In this document: positions 7,474-13,999 of the stretch, piece by piece
Position numbering within the stretch: the first letter of the stretch is position 1
Layout: each line of letters starts with the position of its first letter
NCBI GenBank assembly: GCA_001563335.1
Contig: LRSL01000085.1
Coordinates: 1-13,999 of the forward strand
DNA length: 13,999 nucleotides
Direction: 5' to 3'
Source: Candidatus Thorarchaeota archaeon SMTZ1-45
GTDB lineage: Archaea > Asgardarchaeota > Thorarchaeia > Thorarchaeales > Thorarchaeaceae
The notes under the pieces: generated by a model
Databases searched by the model: none
The model's input: the letters and a program-made list of their open reading frames with translations, nothing else
Told to the model about the DNA's origin: nothing
Made by a program: the position numbers and the translations under genes

Positions 7474-10200
7474 GTGTTTGCATCATTGTTTGGTGAGTTC
7501 CAGGTGGGAGCTGTAGAAGTGGTCGAGATTCCAGAGGACTATCTCAAGATACTAGACAAAGAGAATCAGGATGCCAACTATAGACAATCGTTCAAGAACA
7601 TCCTCAGAGGAGTGATTTATGCTGAGGTGCCAGTGGGACTTCGACTTGAGCGTATTAAAGGAAGAACTAGAGTATTTTTTCTGACTTGGACTCGAAAACA
7701 GGATGAGCTAAGCAGGAACCTCACCACTCTCACCACATCAGTTTCTGCATACCTGCCGAAGTTCATCTTAACATCAGCCAAGACATTCAAGGGACTGAGA
7801 GCAGGTCCAGAAGTCAACGGAGTCATAGCCTGTCTACTGGGAGAACCTGCAACTCAAGAGGAGATTGAACATAGCTCGGTTCGGATAGAACCGATGGATG
7901 CCGCTGGTGAGGTGCTTCAGAGTCTTGACAATGTCATCGTTCAGGTCTTTGTAGAACCAACAAAGTCAGGAAGGGGACATGTCAGATCTCTCGAGCGTGC
8001 GTATGAGAATGCTGTGGAACGGTCACAAAAGGTCGTATCGGGACCTAGACATTTCTCCCAAAAATCACAGCAATCAACCACTATTGTGAATGCAAGCGCC
8101 TCTAGAGAAGCCGAACGTCTTAGCAGACATGTCAAGCGCATGAGCAGTCGGTATCTCGGGAAGGTCTCAGTGACCATCACTCACTGGCATCCGAACCTAA
8201 GACTCGCCAAAACGCAGGCCAAGCGTGTGATGTCTGTCCTCATGAGTGGAGTCACACCTGCTGACAAGGAGGAGGACCTTTGTGTAAAAATCAAGACCAA
8301 ACGTAAGGATTTCGAGAAGGCTCTGGCGGGCAAACCCGTTGGTGACCACACAATCCTCACTCCAGACGAGGCTGCAATCTATTTTGCACTGCCAAAGGTG
8401 GACCTTGGTATCAAGGTTTCTCGACGGGAAGACTTCTCTGCTGCCAGTGTTGACCTGTCAGAAACAGAGAGAACAGGAGAAACGAATCCTCAACCAGAGT
8501 CCAAACAAGAATTGAACAGTCCGAAAAACATGTTTCTGGAAAATGAGCAGTGGAACCATCAAGACTCTAAGCCAGACTGGCGATCCCCACACAAGAAACT
8601 CATCCAGCTTGGTCTTGTGATACGGAATGGTGTGCCTCAACAATATCAGCCCTATGGACTGGTTCCAAAGATGCTCGGGTCACACATTGCAGTCTATGGG
8701 AATACAGGATACGGTAAGACCACGACTTGCGTCAGTCTTGTTGCGCAGGCGTATAGAAATGATGTCATTCCCATCATCCTTACACCTGGAAATGTCGGAG
8801 ATTGGCGAGTTCTAAAAGACCTCTATCCTGAGTTTCGGATCTTCACTGCTGGAAACCCAGACATCGCGCCTCTCCGATACAACATGTGGAATGTCCCACC
8901 AAAGGTCCCGGTTGGAAAATACATCGACAGGATGGTGGATGTTCATGTGGCTGCGCTTCCCACAGATGGTGTCATCTCCATGCACTTTGATGACATCTTC
9001 AACACCATGTATGAGAACTGCGGATGGTCGCGCATGGGGAATATTCGAGGACGCTCTATCCTGCTCTCTGATCTCTATCAGGCCTTTCAGCAGGTCGTGC
9101 AGACCCACCTAGAATACGGTGAGGACCTCAAGAAGGACTTCTACGGGGCGCTTGATGCACGACTCAGGAGTATGCTCAGAAACGAGATTCTGGTGGACAT
9201 GTTCAACACAACCACGGGACTGACGATTCCCGACCTTCTCTCCGAACCCACCATCATCGAGATGCGGGACCTCTCGCCAGAGGACCGGGCACTCCTAATT
9301 GGTGCGCTTACCGTGGGGATAAGTGAGTATTTGATCGCGAATCCAAAGAAGGAGGTGCGTCATCTCCTTGTCTTGGAGGAGGCGCATCAGTTCCTCAAGA
9401 GAGCGCAGAACCAGGGGGCGTACGCTGAGCCAACCTCCACGCAGAAGGCCATCTCCAACATCTGCGAGATGATGCGGATTCAAAGAGGTACAGGGTTGGG
9501 GTTCGTCATCATTGACCAGCTTGTGAGCAGCCTGCCTCCTGAGATAGTCAAGCTTCCCTCCAATATCATCATCCACACGCTGACAGACCTTGAGGAACGT
9601 GTGCTGGCGGGTCGACAGGCGCTGTGCAGTGACGCGCAGATTAGCCACATTGGTGGGATGGGCATTGGTGAGGTTGTCGCACGGGTCCAGACTCAGACAG
9701 TGCCTGCGAACGTCCAGATTGCGCCCCTGAACTACCTGCTCACAAGGTCGTTGCCGGAGAGGGAGTGGACCGATGAGATGGTGAGAGATGCCATGCTGGA
9801 GGTGTTCGCTGCTCATCCTGAGCTTGCAGAGAGTCGGCCCCTCACTTCCGAGATGAGGGACCTGCTTCGGGGCATCAGGTCGCCTCCGAAGCTCTCAGTG
9901 CAGCCTGAGATGCAGGTCATTCAGATCTCGAGGCGGCATGAGGTTGACATCTCGGAGATCGTCAACGAGCCGCTCTTTGTCAATGAGTACAAGAAACGGA
10001 TGGGGTCAGCCTCGAGAGGGAACCCAGGTCCAGTGGCTAGACTGTTGAATACTGTTGCAGGGAGGTTCTGTTCCAAGGATTTTGAGCGGGTGCCCTTCGC
10101 TGAGCGGCTGCTGCTCCATGCTGCGGGAATGCTGCAGGAACCCAGGGAGACCGCTGTGCTTGCGGACATCTTGTTGGCCATCAGGGGTGTGGATGCGTAG
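7474..10200 (+). CDS. HerA/FtsK/VirB4-superfamily (DUF87-like) P-loop ATPase with long N-terminal extension
   Basis: Walker A HIAVYGNTGYGKTT (~8683-8724), Walker B LLVLEEAH (~9364-9387), arginine finger and conserved Gln in 'MMRIQRGTGLGFVIIDQ', and a helical insert between the Walker motifs. GTG start. Confidence 0.88.
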   Translation: MFASLFGEFQVGAVEVVEIPEDYLKILDKENQDANYRQSFKNILRGVIYAEVPVGLRLERIKGRTRVFFLTWTRKQDELSRNLTTLTTSVSAYLPKFILTSAKTFKGLRAGPEVNGVIACLLGEPATQEEIEHSSVRIEPMDAAGEVLQSLDNVIVQVFVEPTKSGRGHVRSLERAYENAVERSQKVVSGPRHFSQKSQQSTTIVNASASREAERLSRHVKRMSSRYLGKVSVTITHWHPNLRLAKTQAKRVMSVLMSGVTPADKEEDLCVKIKTKRKDFEKALAGKPVGDHTILTPDEAAIYFALPKVDLGIKVSRREDFSAASVDLSETERTGETNPQPESKQELNSPKNMFLENEQWNHQDSKPDWRSPHKKLIQLGLVIRNGVPQQYQPYGLVPKMLGSHIAVYGNTGYGKTTTCVSLVAQAYRNDVIPIILTPGNVGDWRVLKDLYPEFRIFTAGNPDIAPLRYNMWNVPPKVPVGKYIDRMVDVHVAALPTDGVISMHFDDIFNTMYENCGWSRMGNIRGRSILLSDLYQAFQQVVQTHLEYGEDLKKDFYGALDARLRSMLRNEILVDMFNTTTGLTIPDLLSEPTIIEMRDLSPEDRALLIGALTVGISEYLIANPKKEVRHLLVLEEAHQFLKRAQNQGAYAEPTSTQKAISNICEMMRIQRGTGLGFVIIDQLVSSLPPEIVKLPSNIIIHTLTDLEERVLAGRQALCSDAQISHIGGMGIGEVVARVQTQTVPANVQIAPLNYLLTRSLPEREWTDEMVRDAMLEVFAAHPELAESRPLTSEMRDLLRGIRSPPKLSVQPEMQVIQISRRHEVDISEIVNEPLFVNEYKKRMGSASRGNPGPVARLLNTVAGRFCSKDFERVPFAERLLLHAAGMLQEPRETAVLADILLAIRGVDA

Positions 10201-10208
10201 GGGGGCGT

Positions 10209-12221
10209 ATGATGGAGGGCATGTCTGGGGAGAAGATGAGGCGACGACGGAGAGAGTATAGTGAGGAGGAGGACACCCGTGCCGAGGACATGAGCGCTTC
10301 TGAGGAGGGTCGGAGGAGGATTGGGGCACGCGAGGCGAGAGCGGAGAGTTCTGAGTCTGATGAGGTGGGAGAGGTCTCAGTCAGCGAGGTGGTGAGGCAC
10401 GCTATCGAGAAACTGCGGGAGAATGAGGTAGAAGAGGGCGATATTTCGCGTAGGGTGGAGGATGCTCTTGAGGAACTGGAGAGGATGGAGCAAGCCAGCG
10501 AGTCAGCCAAGGAGAAGATCAGGGATGCTCTGGAGAGTCTTGATGAACAGGAAAAAAAGAACGTCGTTATCGAAGAAGCGGAGGACATTGAGAGAGGTGA
10601 GCGTGTTAAGGATGTTGAGAAGACAACCACTATAGAGATTGAGAAGAGCCTTGAGAGAAACGAAAACCAAGATCTATCGAGAGAAACACCCTCCCGAATT
10701 CAAGAGTTGGATGAGAGTTGGGTGAAAGATGTTCTTTCAGAGTTTGATTCTAAAGAGTGGAACCAAGAGAATCTTGCTGCACAGCTAATGGAGATCAGTG
10801 ATAATCTGCCGGATACATCAAGAACGTTCTATATCGATGTTGAAAAAAGTCTGGGTATATCAGCAGAGGAACTCGACTCATTCAAACAGGCATTTCATCA
10901 GGTGAGAGAAGGTCTCGATGAGGTCGAGAGGGTTCGATTTGGGCTGGCTGGGGAGAGGCTCTACGTATGGAGACCAGATTTCGACTCAACCAGTTTAGAA
11001 AAGGTCTATGATAGTTTATACTATTACTTCCGCGATAAGGAAGCGTTTGACAGGTATATTGATGATGTTGGGGAATCTCTGGGGTTTCAAGAAAAAAGAA
11101 ACGGCGATATTCTGAAGTATCTACGAGAGCTGGCTTTTCAGATGGTCGTGGAAGACTCAAGGGATTACTGTATCAACCCTCAAATTTGTCGAATTCGCGG
11201 GGATTTCATTAACCTGATGAATGACATCTCAGGTAAGACACTCTCGGGCTTGGAGGGCGAGATTTCGAAAGTTACAGGACCTAGTGGAAGGGGAGGGATT
11301 GAAAGACCACTCTTTCCCCATGGAGAAAAGCTTGAAGTGGCAGTGGCACGTCTCGTGGCAGCTGTGCTTTCAGATGGCAGTGTTCAACCAAATGGTGGTG
11401 TACAATATGCAGAGTCTGAGATGAGCCGAATTGAGAGAGTCGTAGAGAGTTTGAGAGTCTTTGGGGATATCAATCTATCAATAAAACACATTGAAAGGGA
11501 GAATTACTATCGAACACACTTTCCTTCTGTCATCGGAAAACTGCTGATGCATAGAGAAGTTCCATCGGGCGATAGAACTATTCAGAATCCAAGACTCAGT
11601 ACATGTGTCAGAGAGGGGACTGATGAGGTCAAACGGGCATACATCGAGGACTTCATACCTCAAGATGCGTGTGTTGGAAAAAACAAAGTGATATGGCATC
11701 GAGCTAACGTTCTAGATGCCGGAGATAAGTCTAAGAAATATGGGCTGGAACCAAAGATCGGCATTGAGGAAAAGGTCCTAATTATGGAATATGGAAGAAG
11801 AGAACGAGGAAATGCAAAAGCATATGCTCTTTCTTGGGGGAAGCTGGAGGAACTAACACACCATCCAGATGTAACAACAACTCGTATTGCTAGGAGTCTA
11901 GAATGTGTTGGCTTTGATAATCCAAACAGACTCATGGATGATGAAGCAGAGATAATGCAAGGCTGGGGTATCAAGGTAAAAGTTGAGCCATCAGTCATTC
12001 GATATTATTCTGGGACTGGGAGAGTGACAATTACATGGCAAGCAAGAACGGTTGGGTTAGTAAATACAATTGAACTTTGTATAGTTGCTCCACCAAACGA
12101 TATTAAGAATAAGCAAAAAGCAAAGATTCTGGTTTCTGAACATCGTGAAGAATTGAAAGAAGCAGTGAGGTGTTTAAAAAGCAATAACATTGAATATAGG
12201 ATATGGTGGGATGGATCATGA
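10209..12221 (+). CDS. Protein with Glu/Arg-rich N-terminus and C-terminal LAGLIDADG (DOD-type) endonuclease-like domain
   Basis: Motif 1 'ARLVAAVLSDGSV' (~11345-11384) and motif 2 'CVREGTDEVKRAYIEDFIPQDACV' (~11604-11675), about 95 aa apart, resemble intein blocks C and E. No Hint/splicing motifs seen. The ORF is certain; the domain call is moderate. Confidence 0.65.
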   Translation: MMEGMSGEKMRRRRREYSEEEDTRAEDMSASEEGRRRIGAREARAESSESDEVGEVSVSEVVRHAIEKLRENEVEEGDISRRVEDALEELERMEQASESAKEKIRDALESLDEQEKKNVVIEEAEDIERGERVKDVEKTTTIEIEKSLERNENQDLSRETPSRIQELDESWVKDVLSEFDSKEWNQENLAAQLMEISDNLPDTSRTFYIDVEKSLGISAEELDSFKQAFHQVREGLDEVERVRFGLAGERLYVWRPDFDSTSLEKVYDSLYYYFRDKEAFDRYIDDVGESLGFQEKRNGDILKYLRELAFQMVVEDSRDYCINPQICRIRGDFINLMNDISGKTLSGLEGEISKVTGPSGRGGIERPLFPHGEKLEVAVARLVAAVLSDGSVQPNGGVQYAESEMSRIERVVESLRVFGDINLSIKHIERENYYRTHFPSVIGKLLMHREVPSGDRTIQNPRLSTCVREGTDEVKRAYIEDFIPQDACVGKNKVIWHRANVLDAGDKSKKYGLEPKIGIEEKVLIMEYGRRERGNAKAYALSWGKLEELTHHPDVTTTRIARSLECVGFDNPNRLMDDEAEIMQGWGIKVKVEPSVIRYYSGTGRVTITWQARTVGLVNTIELCIVAPPNDIKNKQKAKILVSEHREELKEAVRCLKSNNIEYRIWWDGS

Positions 12222-12793
12222 AGGACTTTGAGAATGAATGTGCTGATGAACTTCTGAAAATACTGGAGAAAGCTGGGAAAAAGGGTATTCAATTGGGATT
12301 GGTGAAGAAGGACTTGCGTAAGCATCTGAGAAATCTGGCAAAGAAAGAACAGGATTTAGCAATTGAAGCATCTATAAAACATGTGTTGGATGAATGGCGA
12401 GCTATCAAAATTGTAGATGAAGATGCTAGCTCAGAACTTACTTGGTATTTGAAGTATCTAACCGAGGAGGAATCTAAGCGATTCCGAGAGCTGTCTGAGG
12501 TGGACCAGATGTTGTTGAGAATCCTTTTTGACTTTGAGGGGGGATTTCAACCAGGGGCAATGAAGAAGGATGAAGCTATAAAGAAACTTCGTGAATTAGG
12601 TTTTAGTTTGGAGGATATTAATGTCATTCCTGGAATTGTAAGTAAAACCCGTGTTCCTGATGATGATGGCATGCAAATGTGGGTGTACATAATACCCCAG
12701 TATGAGTTCTCTGAGGAGTATAAAGCTCTTCAAGAAGAGTCTCTTGAAAAGTCGCGGAAACGTGAGGAACGGATGATGCGGGAATCTGATTAA
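12218..12793 (+). CDS. Hypothetical 191-aa protein, putative tandem winged-helix fold
   Basis: ATG at 12218 overlaps the upstream TGA (ATGA, 12218-12221), a better start than 12203. Two helix-helix-helix-wing-like segments ('DELLKILEKAGKKGIQLGLVKKDL...' and 'LSEVDQMLLRILF...MKKDEAIKKLRELGF'). The fold is inferred. Confidence 0.65.
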   Translation: MKDFENECADELLKILEKAGKKGIQLGLVKKDLRKHLRNLAKKEQDLAIEASIKHVLDEWRAIKIVDEDASSELTWYLKYLTEEESKRFRELSEVDQMLLRILFDFEGGFQPGAMKKDEAIKKLRELGFSLEDINVIPGIVSKTRVPDDDGMQMWVYIIPQYEFSEEYKALQEESLEKSRKREERMMRESD

Positions 12794-12846
12794 CCCTATG
12801 GAAAATTAGCTATTGTTAAAAAGCGCCGCCGGGAGGGCTCGAACCT

Positions 12847-12876
12847 TTAGCCGTACGTCACGAATTGTGACGCACT
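12847..12876 (-). other. Non-canonical tRNA intron, 30 nt, at position 50/51 (T-stem)
   Basis: BHB-like geometry: central helix GGUC/GGCU, bulges GG^A and AA^A, intron helix GUGCGUCAC/GUGACGUAC. Cleavage after the second bulge base restores the T-stem GGAGG. Confidence 0.85.
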
Positions 12877-12889
12877 CCGACCAACAACT

Positions 12890-12917
12890 GTCTGGCTCTC
12901 AACCAGTGGGTGAGAGA
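12890..12917 (-). other. Canonical tRNA intron, 28 nt, at position 37/38
   Basis: Bulges UA^U and AC^A, intron helix CUCUCA/UGAGAG, central helix CUGU/CCAG (one U:C mismatch). Confidence 0.88.
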
Positions 12918-12978
12918 TAACAGGCTGTCGCTCTACCTACTGAGCCACGGCGGCTGTTCGGCTCAGGTCGTGGGTTTC

Positions 12979-12987
12979 AATATTAAG
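12979..12987 (-). promoter_or_regulatory. TATA box of tRNA-Asn
   Basis: CTTAATATT lies 25-33 nt upstream of tRNA position 1. Confidence 0.6.
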
Positions 12988-13009
12988 ATTGCTGTTGAGC
13001 TTTGTTTTA

Positions 13010-13024
13010 CTACTGGCGGCGCCA
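13010..13024 (+). repeat. 15-bp direct repeat, copy 1 (tRNA-3'-end-like)
   Basis: CTACTGGCGGCGCCA is identical to 13813-13827; 18/19 match when extended left (TTT[A/G]). Confidence 0.8.
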
Positions 13025-13095
13025 ATCTTTTTAGAACTATTGTCTGGAAACTATAATATCGGTTCAGGTTCTAGTAAGTATGGGAGGACAAGAGT

Positions 13096-13728
13096 GTGAA
13101 GATTGAGGTCGACCCATCTGATTTGGAATGGGGGACTTACTACATTGATGAAAAATGCAAGGAATTAGAGAGAGTCCTTCGGGGGGACTCGAGATATGCG
13201 GAATGCGAGGTGAAACGTCTATATTCCGGAGATGAGAACTTTGACCCGTTTCATGTATTGGATGAGAATGGAAAGGGGATTGTTATGCTTGAGAGATGGG
13301 AAGTCGACGCATTGAGTGGTGCTGAGCTCATCACATACATCGAAGTTCAACGAAGACAAAATCAAATCCCAAACTGGGTGGAACCAGTGTTACTTGGGTT
13401 GTCCATGGGGTCTCTTGGAGTGGCGGTAGCTAGCTCAATACTTGCGTATTTTTTTCATCAGGATTCATCGTCACCGGTTTGGTTTATGGTGCAGAATCAG
13501 GGATGGTTCTATCTTCTCGCGCTTATTCTGGGCACTCTCTGCTTTTTGAAGTACAGAAGTACAGAACAACGGAAGAAGAATGTTGATTTGGAGGCAACAA
13601 GAGCTGACCCCTTGTTTCGTGATGTGCTGCAAAAACTCGCGGACCAGCCTGAAACTGAGAATCCTAGTAAGAAAAAATACGTGAAGAGATTAGAGAAAAT
13701 TAAAGATACATTTGCAGGTATCAATTGA
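13096..13728 (+). CDS. Hypothetical membrane protein (2 TM)
   Basis: GTG start with GGAGG RBS (13083-13087); acidic soluble N-terminal domain, two hydrophobic helices, basic C-terminal tail. No family recognised. Confidence 0.75.
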   Translation: MKIEVDPSDLEWGTYYIDEKCKELERVLRGDSRYAECEVKRLYSGDENFDPFHVLDENGKGIVMLERWEVDALSGAELITYIEVQRRQNQIPNWVEPVLLGLSMGSLGVAVASSILAYFFHQDSSSPVWFMVQNQGWFYLLALILGTLCFLKYRSTEQRKKNVDLEATRADPLFRDVLQKLADQPETENPSKKKYVKRLEKIKDTFAGIN

Positions 13729-13812
13729 TGTCACCAGCAACGTCACATCTGTTACCGTCTTAGAACAATTATCGACTGGTCCCAAGTCCAGATGTCCATG
13801 CATCAACCTTTG

Positions 13813-13827
13813 CTACTGGCGGCGCCA
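13813..13827 (+). repeat. 15-bp direct repeat, copy 2 (tRNA-3'-end-like)
   Basis: CTACTGGCGGCGCCA is identical to 13010-13024. Confidence 0.8.
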
Positions 13828-13897
13828 CTTCTTCCCTTGGTCTGTCAATCATAGCTGGAGAGTGAGTGAAGCAGGCGGATCTCAACCATCATCTCCG

Positions 13898-13999
13898 CTA
13901 GACTGGTTTGATTTTATACTCGAATTTCAATGACTGGATATTTTTGATTAATCTCAATGCAGGGTTACCGTCTTGCCAGCATGGTTTTCGGAGGGAATG
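13898..13999 (-). CDS. Possible C-terminus of a minus-strand gene running in from the right edge
   Basis: Open frame HSLRKPCWQDGNPALRLIKNIQSLKFEYKIKPV* ending at TAG 13900-13898. Too short to identify. Confidence 0.25.
   Translation of the reverse strand, partial: HSLRKPCWQDGNPALRLIKNIQSLKFEYKIKPV

Larger units (their letters stand above)
12824..12954 (-). tRNA. trnN: tRNA-Asn(GUU) with two introns (37/38 and 50/51); CCA not encoded
   Basis: Minus strand: GCCGCCG TG GCTC AGTAGGTA GAGC G ACAGC CT GTT A [28 nt] A GTTGT TGGTC GG [30 nt] AGG TTCGAGC CCTCC CGGCGGC G. Removing both introns gives a 73-nt cloverleaf with G73. Confidence 0.95.

Noticed and set aside
7362-7496. 44-codon ORF overlapping the ATPase start in another frame (possible frameshifted N-terminus)
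   Set aside because: No recognisable similarity or slippery site, and the GTG at 7474 has its own purine-rich RBS-like sequence.
9295-9816. 173-aa minus-strand ORF
   Set aside because: Lies wholly antisense to the conserved ATPase core in a GC-rich stretch and has no recognisable motifs; a shadow ORF.
10181-10630. 149-aa Ser-rich minus-strand ORF
   Set aside because: Antisense mirror of the Glu/Arg (GAG/AGA)-rich N-terminus of the 670-aa gene.
10209-12221. Intein within the 670-aa protein
   Set aside because: No N-terminal C/S Hint block or C-terminal HN-(C/S/T) motif flanks the LAGLIDADG-like region.
13712-13933. 73-aa plus-strand ORF
   Set aside because: Overlaps the previous stop, has no RBS and an atypical composition, and spans the repeat copy; likely spurious.
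13751-13974. 11-bp direct repeat GTTACCGTCTT (13751-13761 and 13964-13974)
   Set aside because: 11-mer matches are expected by chance in 14 kb; only two copies and no array structure.
1-13999. CRISPR array, integrase/transposase, or direct-repeat att copy of the tRNA-Asn 3' end left of the tRNA
   Set aside because: No regularly spaced repeats and no recombinase or transposase motifs in any ORF. I found no second copy of CGCCGCCGGGAGGGCTCGAACC beyond the 7-bp acceptor-stem match at 1545.

Overview
Archaeal genomic window, most likely from an Asgard archaeon (Thorarchaeia-like). This is inferred from TATA-type promoters, GGAGG(TGA) ribosome-binding sites, BHB tRNA introns and the style of the surface proteins. 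From left to right it holds: the 3' end of a ZIP metal transporter; three secreted, C-terminally membrane-anchored surface proteins (a beta-lactamase-family serine hydrolase, a NosD/CASH beta-helix protein and an LVIVD-repeat protein, the last two sharing an ~87-aa 'WWLNDT' stalk module); a small divergent membrane protein; a tightly coupled three-gene module (HerA/VirB4-like ATPase, an acidic protein with a stand-alone two-motif LAGLIDADG-like domain, and a putative tandem winged-helix protein) that ends 30 bp from the 3' end of a minus-strand tRNA-Asn(GUU) carrying two BHB introns (37/38 and 50/51); and a membrane-protein gene flanked by a 15-bp direct repeat resembling a tRNA 3' end. Orphan tRNA fragments at 1516-1565 include an exact 21-bp inverted copy of the tRNA-Asn 5' end. 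The most interesting signals are the ATPase-LAGLIDADG-wHTH module, the doubly intron-split tRNA and the scattered tRNA fragments, which together suggest a tRNA-associated mobile or conflict locus. No integrase is visible in the window.
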